A stretch of 55,949 bases of DNA, the filler included, from Dugesia japonica (lineage: Eukaryota), in assembly GCA_001938525.1 (NCBI GenBank). It is 4 parts of 4 records of this genome, joined end to end, with 100 filler letters (N's around TTAATTAATTAA, not from the genome) between each part and the next. Parts side by side here need not be neighbours in the genome. Positions count along the whole stretch, not along the records: positions 34,463 to 55,949 come from MQRL01634241.1; 3 more parts are not named here. One strand, 5' to 3'. The notes under the pieces were generated by a model. That model was not told the DNA's origin. It ran no database searches and saw nothing but the letters and a program-made list of their open reading frames with translations. Shown here in pieces: positions 42,035 through 52,420 of the stretch. Every line of letters begins with the position of its first letter. The stretch's first letter is position 1. The translations under genes and the position numbers were made by a program.

Positions 42035-42242
42035 TTTTGTAAAAGTGAATTTATTTTAAAAAACAAGTCCTATTTTTATAAACCCGGTAACCAATCATAA
42101 CTGTTAAAACAAATATTAACAAATCATATTAATTATAGCAGATGTTAACCAATAGGAACTCGCAAATAACGAGTATGTGTGTATCGCAACTAGTATATAA
42201 GCAAAGGCTTACATAACATTAATCACTTTTACAACTCAAAAA
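42034..42242. promoter_or_regulatory. Divergent twin TATA+initiator promoters
   Basis: Plus strand: TATATAA 42194, TCACTTTTACAA 42223, ATGCAT 42242. Minus strand: TATAAAA 42080, TCACTTTTACAA 42048, ATGCAT 42034. Two AACCAAT boxes lie between them. Confidence 0.65.
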
Positions 42243-42557
42243 TGCATGAAAATCAACAAACTAAGGAAAATATCTCAACAATAACTGTGGAACTAGGGGA
42301 AATTAGTAATTTCTACAAATTCAAGTTGTTCTTTTTGAGGACAACAATTATATATGACTTCAAAGTAAATTTTTTATTACATGTTATAACTTAATATTTC
42401 TTTTTAGAAACCAGGATCAATAAAAAGATCCAAATTTAGTTTGCTTCTATCTGGAATTCATGAGAAGGATAGGAATATTCTAGAAGCTCTGTTTGCAAGA
42501 TTAAACAGACAAATCGAAGTCAGTGAGGCTATTTATATAAAACTTTTTATATCATAA
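42242..42557 (+). CDS. Spliced 90-aa accessory protein of unknown function
   Basis: Exon 42242-42364 (41 codons), phase-0 intron 42365-42407 (GTAAAT...TTTTAG), exon 42408-42557; open frame throughout. Confidence 0.55.
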
Positions 42558-42742
42558 AGTTTGAAATCATGCAGTTCTAATGGTTTCTTACAACCCATTA
42601 TTCTACATTTTCCTGATCTGAAGAATATAATTGTATATTTGTCAGTTTTGACTTGGAATTGACATGGTTTGCCTTTAGGAAAGCTCATTTTCTTTGTTAC
42701 TTCTTGCGTCACCTCACCTTGGTGATTAATATTGTTAATCAT
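42533..42742 (-). pseudogene. TATA-binding-protein-like ORF (one TBP repeat, truncated)
   Basis: MINNINHQG...PCQFQVKTDKYTIIFFRSGKCRIMGCK resembles the TBP repeat pattern NI...LIFxSGKxVxTGAK. Confidence 0.6.
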
Positions 42743-42821
42743 AATTAAAGAAGAACATTGGGGTTTTGATGGAATTAATTTAATTGATCCGTTAAAACAA
42801 ATATAAGCAATGTAATAAATT

Positions 42822-43467
42822 ATGAATAAATTTAAGAAAAACAAGATGGAGAGATTAAGAAATGACCCAGTCTATCAAATTGTTGGACCTAGTGATAGAG
42901 GAAAAACTTTGTTTGTATGTAAATTATTAGAATCAAAGTTATTCGAGTCTAAATTAAAAAACATATACTGGCATAGGGGCGCCGATAAGGATCATGGATT
43001 GATTAAATCTGAATTTTGTAATATTAAAATGAAAATTATAAATGGTTTTGATTCTAATTGGTGCAAAAGACTAAGACCAGGTGATGTTATTGTTGTTGAT
43101 GATCTGTATCAGGAAGCAAACAAAGTAAAAGATTTCAATAATTTTTTTCACAAAGATAGCGAGACATCGTAATGTTGTTGTGATATTTATTACGCAAAAT
43201 CTATTTCATTAAGGGGTTAGTCATAGAACCCGCAATTTAAACGTGCAATATTTGGTTCTATTCAAAAATCCCAGAGATCAAACTGTTGTTGATTTTCTAA
43301 CAAGACAAACATATCCAAATAAGAGACAATTTTTTATTGAATCCTTTCCAGATGCCACAGAAAAACCACATGGATATCTATTTATTGACTTTAAACAACA
43401 ATGTCCAGTTGACTATAGAATGAGAACAGATATATTCAATCCAAATGGTATCACAATATATAAATAA
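42822..43467 (+). pseudogene. FtsK/A32-like DNA packaging ATPase (frameshifted near 43150)
   Basis: Walker A IVGPSDRGKT, Walker B VIVVDDL, RHRNVVVIFITQNLF, YLVLFKNPRD and PHGYLFIDF...RMRTDIF, all typical of Polinton ATPases. Confidence 0.92.
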
Positions 43468-43755
43468 AATAGTTAATTTTTGCATAATATTTCAAAAAGT
43501 GACAAAACTAAAGAAATTTGTAGTTGATCAAGAAACTTTGGTGTTGTTAAACGTCAAATAATATCTTTTGAGAAGAAAAAGTATGGAAAAAAGAAGAAAC
43601 AATCGCATAAGAAACATCATATAAATAAGAAGCAATGAGTAAATAAAAGGAATATGTTTAAAAACTTGCAAAAAGAAGTGGAAAGAAGCTGAGATTGATG
43701 AACAGAAAAGCGATTATAAACAAATAAATGGTATGTATTATTTTAATAAATAAAG

Positions 43756-44074
43756 ATGAAATTACAAAGAAGCATTTTGTTTTTTAGCTTTGATTAAATC
43801 ATCAAAACCTTTTAGAATGAGAATTATACAATCATTTCCACCATATTTTATAGATGATTTACTTGAAATTATTATAAATATTGTTCGTGGTAATGTAGAT
43901 TTCAGTACAGCCAAAACGAAAACATTGAAGAAACATAAAAAAAACTTTATTAACGCTTGTAAACACAAACAATAGAAAATCAATGAGACGAGTAATGAAT
44001 AATCAAGGTGGTGGCTTTATAGCAGCATTGTTACCAATTGCATGGCTGCATTAGGCTTAACTTATTTCAAATGA
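43756..44074 (+). pseudogene. Conserved small Maverick virion-module protein with GNV and QxGGF motifs
   Basis: LLEIIINIVRGNVDFSTAKTKTLKKHK...NQGGGFIAALLPI, with frameshifts; QGGG-F resembles an adenain cleavage site before a hydrophobic helix. Confidence 0.7.
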
Positions 44075-44149
44075 ACAATGGGTAGATTGCGATCATTACC
44101 TAACTTTGACCTGAAATTTGCATCAAATTGTTGTAATGGAGACAAAGAT

Positions 44150-44524
44150 GAAGACAACATATACGGATCCAAAAAACCTTACAAGTTTTTTAGGCATAAA
44201 AAATTTGATGAAAGCAACTCAAAAAACGAAATGAAAAACAAAAAAGTGGTTATCTGGACAGATAGGACACAGCCTAAACAATTCAATGTTGAAAAGAGTT
44301 TCAACAAGAGCATATAAAGCATATGGTATTGATGATTTATGGTATTTATGATTTATCTAATTGAAATGATTTCATTTTCAAAGATTAATAAAATTTACAA
44401 GTATATTTTGTCTTTTATCGTTGTATTCAATAGATTTGCAAGAGCTGTTCTATTTTAATCAAAGAAACTGGAAAGAATAAGCAATACGAAAACTAAGTTG
44501 GATATTAATAAGCCGCAAATTTTG
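44150..44524 (+). pseudogene. Polinton retroviral-like integrase, N-terminal remnant (most of the core deleted)
   Basis: KWLSGQIGHSLN...RAYKAYGIDDLW..DL..EMISFSKINKIYKYILSFIVVFNRFA matches the Polinton INT consensus WLxxQxxYTLH...IDxxWQADL...NxGYKYILTVIDVFSKYA. Confidence 0.75.
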
Positions 44525-45600
44525 ATGAAATCTAATCATTTCTATATGCTTTTACCTAGTAATAGTAGTTCACTAGTTCATACAAATAATACTGCTAGTA
44601 ATTACATAGTTGAGCTTCAAAATTCAATTTACATGGATGGTAGATGGGAAGTTGCTATGGTGGATTTCACCATTGTATATTCAGCTATGCCGATTTACAG
44701 TCAATCTATGATTGATTATGAATTATTTACTATAATTGAGAAGGAACTAATACTTGATGTTAACAATAAAGAACAAAAGTTCTTTTAAATGTTAATTCTC
44801 AAGACAAATATAAAAATAACAAGGAAACAGTCATACAATTATCGAATGAAAATGTATTGATCTTTACTAGTGATATTACATACCACAGTTTATTATTTGA
44901 AAATCGGGAAACTAGAAAGAAATTTTCACGTATTAGCAGTGAATATTTAAGTGAAAAGACTAAATTAGATTTTTATGCTAGTAAGAATTTTAGAGATAAA
45001 ATATTTTTTCTTGGCTTTCACTACTTTCAAGATGATGATTCCATTGAAAAAATAAAAATTAAATATTATTATTCGATTGTAACTAAGCATTCTTTTCAAT
45101 TCGAATCGGAATTGTATTTAAAGTATTTAAATCAACTAAATGTCTATTTTAAGAAACACCTTCTAAAGTTATTTAAAAAGTTTACATTAAAACAAGATGA
45201 ACTATTTGAATTTACATTAGCAACTAGAATTAAAATGTTAAATTCAATAAAATCTTAGCAAAAACATTAGGATTAAAAGAATCGCAATATACTCGAATAT
45301 AATTGAATGATAAACAACTACTATATAAAAGTAATAAGAAACCTAGAATATTAAAGTTTGGTAGTGAAATGTTCATCTATTCCAGTATTGGTGAACCTAT
45401 AATTGTTGGAGATGTTAATGTTTCTTTATTGAAAGCAGCATGGATAGAAGAACATGAGAATGATTAGGTAGTTAATATAATTGTTTCTTCATCATAAATA
45501 AACAATACAGAAATCAATATACGTGATGATAGTGGACAACTAGTCAACTTTGCTGAAGACTCAAAAACACATATAACGTTACATTTTAGAAAAATTAATA
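44525..45600 (+). pseudogene. Minor capsid protein (penton), disrupted
   Basis: N-terminus FYMLLPSNSS...NNTASNYIVEL...GRWEVAMVDF; C-terminus MFIYSSIGEPIIVGDVNVSLLK...INIRDDSGQLVNF...ITLHFRK. Confidence 0.85.
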
Positions 45601-45828
45601 ATGAATCCTGGTACTGTATCATTGTATAGTACTAGTCAAGCAGAGGGAGAAATACCTTACTTTCTTGAAAAACAGTATGAATCTGGTTGGTTATGAACAA
45701 TAGGGAGATTTGCTTTGCCTATTCTTAGACGTATTGGTTCTTTTGGTATGAAAACAGCTCAGAATGTACTACCTAATGACGGAAAAATGCTACCTACTTT
45801 GAAATCAAATGCATTAGCTGAACCTTGA
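45601..45828 (+). pseudogene. Small QxG-motif amphipathic virion protein ('cupiennin'-like adintovirus protein)
   Basis: YSTSQAEGEIPYFLEKQYESGWL*TIGRFALPILRRIGSFGMKTA matches a degenerate YxxQxGG..PxF..QxGxG..LxR...PxL pattern; lies between penton and major capsid. Confidence 0.65.
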
Positions 45829-45884
45829 AATGTAGTTTCTTCCTTACCTAATGGAGTTACCAGTATGATTCCAAATTATCACAA

Positions 45885-46857
45885 AGCGATGAAGGTTTTT
45901 TTATAAATGGATCTCAAACAGACTATTTGGATTTGAATGATACTTTATTGAATATTAAAGCAAAAGTAGTTGATAAGGATGGTAAAGATTTGACTGATAC
46001 GGATAATTCAGTTCCTAATAACTTTATGTTGCATGCGCATGCTAAGGATGTAATTCTTTCATTTAATAGTTTTAAAATTGAAGGTGGAAACGGATCTTAT
46101 CTTCACAAAGCATTGATTGAAACTATAATAACTTATAATGGTAATAGTAAGAATATATGTCTTACATCAATGGGGTATGGATCAGAAGCAGATAGAAAAA
46201 TTCTATTGCAAAATAAAAACTATTATCTCTATGTGATTGTTTGTAACTCAATTTCATGGATAAACCAAAATACTTTATTCCAGGTGTCAATGTTCATATT
46301 CGATGGAAACGAGCATCTTCTAAGATTTGTTTGAAATCTGCAGTCAATGGATCTAAATATGTATTACTAAATGGAAAAACGTTGAGGGGTTAAACTTTCA
46401 GTACTAGCTGTCAATCAACTTGGACTAAAAACGCAAAATTCAAAGTAGAGAACAATTAATGATAGTTATAAAAGCTCTAGTTCAATATTTAAAAGTCTAT
46501 AATGCTGTTTCTGTTTTCTTGACAAAAAACTCCGATTATCGAGAAATATATACTCAAGATTTTACAAACGATAATTATACCACAACATATATGCAATCTA
46601 TAGTAAGAAATATGGGATATTTGGATAAAAATAAGAATTGTGGAATAAAACTTAGTGATTTTAAGGACAAATATCAATTCTTTATATTTGTTCTTGCTGC
46701 AGATTTTGATATAAATCAGAGTCAATTACCTCAACATCGAAATTTGAGATTGAATATCAAATTTGCCCAAGCTTTAACAACATCGACATATTTTATAATT
46801 TATTGAGTATTTGAAAAAGAAATTCAGATTAATGACAACTGAACAGTATTGGTGTAA
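45885..46857 (+). pseudogene. Major capsid protein (double jelly-roll), with deletions and frameshifts
   Basis: FFINGSQTDYLDLNDTLLNIKAKV...PNNFMLH...SYLHKALIETII; C-terminus FIFVLAADFD...NLRLNIKFAQAL...IIY*VFEKEIQI. Confidence 0.88.
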
Positions 46858-46919
46858 ACAATATGTTGTATAATTGGTACATGTCATGAAGTAAGTGTTA
46901 ATATATTAATGATATTTAT

Positions 46920-47290
46920 TTTAATAGTACTATTCAGATTGATCAGATTGCATCAAAATGGCTTGGATCAGCATCACTAGGTTTTTATGCGTTAGATAAA
47001 CTTCCAAAATATATTCCAGTAAACAATGCCTTGATTGTCGATACTCATACATTAAATCTAGATGGAGAACATTATATTGCTGTTTACAATAAACCTGCTC
47101 AAATACTAATATTCGATCGATTAGCATTTTATTATCCATCAATATTGGTGTCACACTTATCTAAATTAACAAAACCAATAGTCTACATTAAAGCCCGATA
47201 TCAAAATTCATTTACAACTACATGTGGTCAATATTGTTTATTATGGTTGAAAAAACAACATTGTACTTCACAGATTTTTTTGCTCTTGTT
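46920..47290 (+). pseudogene. Adenain-family maturation cysteine protease
   Basis: GFYALDKLP, IVDTHTLNLDGEHYIAV (His), IFD (Asp), YQNSFTTTCGQYCL (Gln/Cys); frameshift near 47010-47030. Confidence 0.88.
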
Positions 47291-47439
47291 GTATAAAATA
47301 AATGTCTTCTTTGAAATGAAATCTTTGTTATTTATTAAAACAAGGAATAAAACTAAGAACAAAATAACAACATTTATTTAGAAAATATTTGTAATTAATA
47401 TGCTATTAATGCATGTTTTTATTATTATTTGGACACGTT

Positions 47440-48555
47440 TTATTATCATTTTGTAAAGAAATGTTCTCAGCTAATAGGTTTTTTATAAACAAATTGCATG
47501 ACTAATATGTTTTTTAATTAAAATGTTGCATTGGTAATGGGACTTTTTATAAAAAATTGCATCGCTAATGTTTTTTATAGAAAATTACTAAGCTAATATT
47601 TTTTTATTTGAAACAAGTTCTATGTTTTTATCACCTTGTAAAGAAAGGTTTTTATTTGAATATTTTATCATGTAAATATCACAAAGACCCATCTCTTTGA
47701 ATATTTTGTCATGTTAATTAATTTTATTTAAATTTAAGACTGCCCAATATCTTGAAATAATATCATAAATATCAAGACTGTCCATTATCATACATAAATA
47801 TCAAGACTACCTCAATGTTTTAATAATGAATGCAATAGGAATGCAATATGAATGCAATACAGCAACACGTGCCTAGGAATTTTTATTGATTTTTAAATAA
47901 ATATAATAAGTATGCAACTCAAATGCAACACAGCTGCAACACACACACACTAAAAATTACATGCCTGAGAATTTGGACTGCCCCAAAACATGTTAAATAT
48001 AGAGACTGTCCATACCATGCAATAATATCAAAATATCAAGACTTACCACACCCTGTAAAATATAGAGAAAAGACTGTTCATACCATGTAAAATATAGATT
48101 GCCCATACCATGTAAAATATCAAGTCTGCCACATCTCATACAAAATATAGATACTCCCCCATCTCATGCAAAATATAAAGTCTGCCCAAAAAAATTTTAA
48201 TTTCCCATCAAAAAAAAAATTTGAAATTTCCTGCCAAAATATTTTTTTTTGAATTTCGCGCCAAAAAATTTCCTCTTCAAAAATATCCAGACTCCTCTCT
48301 TCCTCCTTCAAAAATAAATATTAAAAACAAACTTTCCCGTATAAAAATACTCAAAAATACCAGTATTTTCAATAAATTCATCATTTTAAGCAAAATACAG
48401 CATTTTTACTCAAAATAAAGATTTCAAAAAATTATTACGTCATACCCACCCGCCAGATAATTTTTAAATAAATCTTAGAAAATTTGATAATTAATTCTCT
48501 TTCAACCCATACCATTTTCCCCTGCCGAAATGTTTTTTAACACACTTATACTACT
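47440..48555 (-). repeat. Right terminal inverted repeat (~1.1 kb) with subterminal tandem motifs
   Basis: Inner 47440-47902 mirrors the left TIR; the outer part has repeated AGACTGTCCATACCATGTAAAATAT units and ends in ACTACT (48550-48555). The outer boundary is inferred from that motif. Confidence 0.75.
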
Positions 48556-49251
48556 TACAAATATCAACTAATCAAATTCAGGCACTAAAAATTCGAAATT
48601 CTTGCACAATGGACAACATGCGTATACTCCATCACGTAACCTTTCCAACAACTTTTCCCTAAACAAAATCCATCAACTACCAACAAACCTATTAACAATT
48701 AAAAAACACTACACGATAACTCATACGTCTGTGGCAGTGTGCCACTACCCTTCTAGGAAATACCATTCATCCAACCTCATAAGTTTTTTAGACAATGTAT
48801 AGACTAAAGCTCAATAATCGTGGACAGCAATCGTAATCAGCCGGAACACCGTCAACTATCAACGCCAGACAGCTAAACACATTTCTGTGATATTTTGACT
48901 TGCTTAATTTTGGAATGTTTCTTATTAGCAGCTGATGCTTATTTAAACTAAAACGTAAGAAATGATCCTTTTTGGGAAGAAATTGTTTTCAATTCTTGTA
49001 ACCAATTATCAGCTTTAACTTGGTCATTTGTATCATTTTATGGAATTTCACTTTTCAACCAGTGCTTCTTGGCTAATCTTCGTGCTTTGTGTAGAAAATT
49101 CCAGAATTTATGCATAAAAAGACGCTAGTATATTTTACTTTTATCCTTTATAGCTGTCAATTCTATGCAAAAATTAATTTTAAATTTTATTATAAACAGA
49201 CAAATTAAATTTATTTAAATCAATAAATAAAACAATAATTAATAAAATAGT

Positions 49252-50508
49252 TACAGGGATATTCAAATCTATAAGTACTTTTATGCTAATCTATAAGTAC
49301 TTTTATGCAAACCTATTAGTACTTTTATAAAAAAATTTAAATTTCTTAACCATTCATGAGTAGGAAACCTAAAAAGATTATCACCAGTGATATTTTCAAT
49401 CTTGCTATAACAATGTTGGATTCAGAAAAATACACCCTAAAGGATATCGCATCCTCATTGCACATAAGTACAAATGCTTTGAGAAATTTAATTGCGAAAA
49501 GAGACTCTGGTAAAGTATTCGTTCCAGCAAATGAAAAATACAAAGCCTCTTGTAAAAGAAGAAATGACTCTCTTAATATAGTGGAGCAAACTATATTTAA
49601 TACAATTTCGTGCAATAATTTTATTGTACAAAGAGAGATAAAGGCGAATGTTCTTGAAACTACTAATTTAGAAATATCACAATTAACAATTTGCCGAAAA
49701 TTAAAAACGCTTAAGGTTAGTAGAAAGATGCTTTCACTTGTTCCAAATGAAAGGAACACTGTAGACAGAAGACAGGATCGTGCGATTTATGCGACTGAAA
49801 TTGAGCGATTTTTTCCAGGTGAGACTGGCTTTAACCAGCATACAAGAAGGCATTATGGCTGTTCTACTATTAATATCAAGACTTATATTAATGTTCCAGC
49901 AAATAGAAATATTAANNNNNNNNNNNNNNNNNNNNNNNNNNNNNNNNNNNNNNNNNNNNNNNNNNNNNNNNNNNNNNNNNNNNNNNNNNNNNNNNNNNNN
50001 NNNNNNNNNNNNNNNNNNNNNNNNNNNNNNNNNNNNNNNNNNNNNNNNAAAATATTAATAATGGATAATGCAAGAATACATAAAACAAGAGCTGTTTTAG
50101 AGGTATTAAGGCAGAATAGTATTTCCTATACGCTTTTAGTGCCATACTCTCCAGAATTGAACCCGTTAGAAGACTTTATTTCAATGATAAAAGCAAGATG
50201 CTGTTCATATAAAATTCAAAGGCCTGATTTGTCGATCGAAAGAATCTTAGATATTATTTTAGCTGCTGAAAATTCTTATATAACCCAATCGTAGGGGGTT
50301 TATAAAAATATGAGGAGATGGATTGATAAAGCAAGAAGAAATGAGCCTTTCATCTAATTTTTAATAAAATTTCTACAAATATTTGTTATTATTTAAAAAA
50401 AACTTGTTTTTTTAACCATGTCTGTGTGTGTTTTGCTTTGAACTAAAATGTTTGACTTTGTAATTTATTTGTACAAATTTTTTTCAAATTTTTTTTAATA
50501 TCACTGTA
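49252..50508 (+). mobile_element. Tc1/IS630-like DD34E transposon; transposase 49356-~50357 disrupted
   Basis: TACAGGGATATTCAAA / TTTAATATCACTGTA ends; HTH; GETGFN (first Asp lost), IMDNARIHK and PYSPELNPLE with 34 residues between D and E; three subterminal CTATAAGTACTTTTATGC-like repeats at 49265-49329. Confidence 0.88.
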
Positions 50509-51039
50509 ACTTTTTAATTAAAAGACTTATCTGCTTTTATTTAATCTGAGAATAAGAAATTAAATTTTCATTATTCAAATGCCAGTAAAAACTGACTTGC
50601 TCGTGGAATAATGAATAATATAGAACGATTGTTGCCTATCTCGGTAAATAATCTAAAAATTCATATGAAACCCAATCAACATTATTATTATGTAATTCTT
50701 ATAACAAAAAAATTACCATTAATAAAGACATTTTTTTACATTTAAAAATTTTGCGTCATTTCGACTTTCGATTAACGTCACATTTCTCCAATCTCTTCCC
50801 CTCGTTATACTTCGTCACAAATATCAGTACCCGTCTTTTATAGGTGCGTGATTTCATTTATGAAAGTCATTTTCAAATAAAATTTTCATTTAACAATATT
50901 TTTCTGTTTTGAACAAAGTAAATATTTTGGAAAACAATGATATATAGTAAATAAAAGATAGTCAAATGACAATTTTTTGAAAATAAAAAAGAAAAGAAAT
51001 TGAATGCAGTAGGCGAAAGAAATTTTCGTAACCTCCGTA

Positions 51040-51770
51040 GAACTACGAAAATCTTTATCTGTTTATGGGCTTGAGGTGGTTAAATCGAAAAGTTTTATTC
51101 ATAACATGGTCATTAAATATGCAAAATTTATTCAACGACAAAATATATATCAAATTACAAAGCTTAAAGTTGCACGAATGGACTAAACAAATCATCGTTA
51201 TTAAAATGTAATCCTAAATATTCAAGGTAAATATTTGACTTTCGGGTTTGTACTTGTACTTTCACCCTTACCAGCAAAGAAGCGTGCTATATTGATTGAT
51301 GAAAAATTAAAGTCATCTTATTTAAATGTGAATAATACCATCGTCTGTATTATAACCAATGGAGGTGGGGTTATGAGAAAGTCGAAAAATTGCTTAATTG
51401 TCATCAACAGCTATGCTTTGAGTGTGAAATTCATTAACTGTACAATAAGTTTTGCATAAAAAGAATGCACATCGTTCTCAGAAGAAAATCGTCGAAATAA
51501 AATCAAAAGATTATGAATCAGAATAAGAATTCGATAATAATGACGGATATTTGTTGATTTGACGAAATTTGGCCAGAATTATTCTAAGATTGATTTTCAT
51601 TTATTTATATAGCAAGAAGTGTTGTTAGATTATTCTGCCTGTCCCTCGCAATAAAAAGACAATATTCTTCAAATAATATAAAAGCAGAATTTGTTAATTT
51701 ATTAATTAACTTGAAAACTCGTTGGAACAGTCTTTATATTATGCTAGAGCGGTTTTCGAAGTATTGGTCA
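51040..51770 (+). mobile_element. hAT transposase remnant
   Basis: IVCIITNGGGVMRK (TDxxxxM motif) and KTRWNSLYIMLERF. Confidence 0.8.
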
Positions 51771-52033
51771 GTGATATAATTTATGCTTTATTTTTTCATC
51801 AAAATGAAAAAACAAAGTTAAGACAGTCAAATATTATTTTAATCACTTAAATATGTTTCCTTTTGGTGGATAATCTCTTGTTAGCATTGTAGTAATTTCA
51901 TTATGCCCTTCTTAAAAAAACTGGATTTTCTAAGCACTTTTTGACATTCTCCAAAGAATAAAATTGCTGTGTATCTAAATTATTTTTATTTGATCTGAAA
52001 AAGTGTTAGTCCATAGAAGCTTTATTTGTCAAG

Positions 52034-52420
52034 TACAGAGGGTGCAGCATTACTTCCCAAACAACGTTGACCAGTTTATACTTAGTCACAAAATCAGTAG
52101 GTGGTCTTGTGTTGTTATGGGGAAAGACCACATGCTCCTTTCTTGTCAATTTTATGTTTAATCGGAAATATTTTCTTTAATTTGAACACAGTTTCCTATT
52201 GCATTGTTATTTTAATTAATTGGAAACAGCTTGTAATAAAGAATGCATTTTCATTCCAACTAAATACATAGGAAACTGATAAGTTAACTGAACCTCATCA
52301 TGACCTTCGACGACTAATGTTGTTCTAAACAACCTATTTCTCGTTCCCAGTTACGATCTGCTTAAGCAATAGATTCACAGGGAATAGTTTTTATGGCTAA
52401 CTTTTTCATTTTGAAAATTC
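52034..52420 (-). mobile_element. mariner remnant
   Basis: Minus strand gives VVFPHNNTRPPT (HDNARPHT) and upstream IVTGNEK (degenerate VTGDEK); TACAGAGGGTGCAGCATTACTTCCC terminus. Confidence 0.6.

Larger units (their letters stand above)
40605..48555 (+). mobile_element. Endogenous Maverick/Polinton (adintovirus-like) element; decayed, internally deleted, no visible pPolB
   Basis: Long inverted repeats enclose ATPase, integrase, minor and major capsid and adenain remnants; the right end is ...TATACTACT at 48555 (AGTAGT on the minus strand). Confidence 0.9.

Noticed and set aside
43731-43787. GTATGT...TTTTAG as an intron in the GNV/QxGGF gene
   Set aside because: An ATG at 43756 with a single frameshift explains the ORF equally well and the upstream frame has stops; unresolved.
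48560-48900. Possible non-LTR retrotransposon fragment at the Maverick insertion site
   Set aside because: C/A-rich coding-like composition but no identifiable RT or endonuclease motif.
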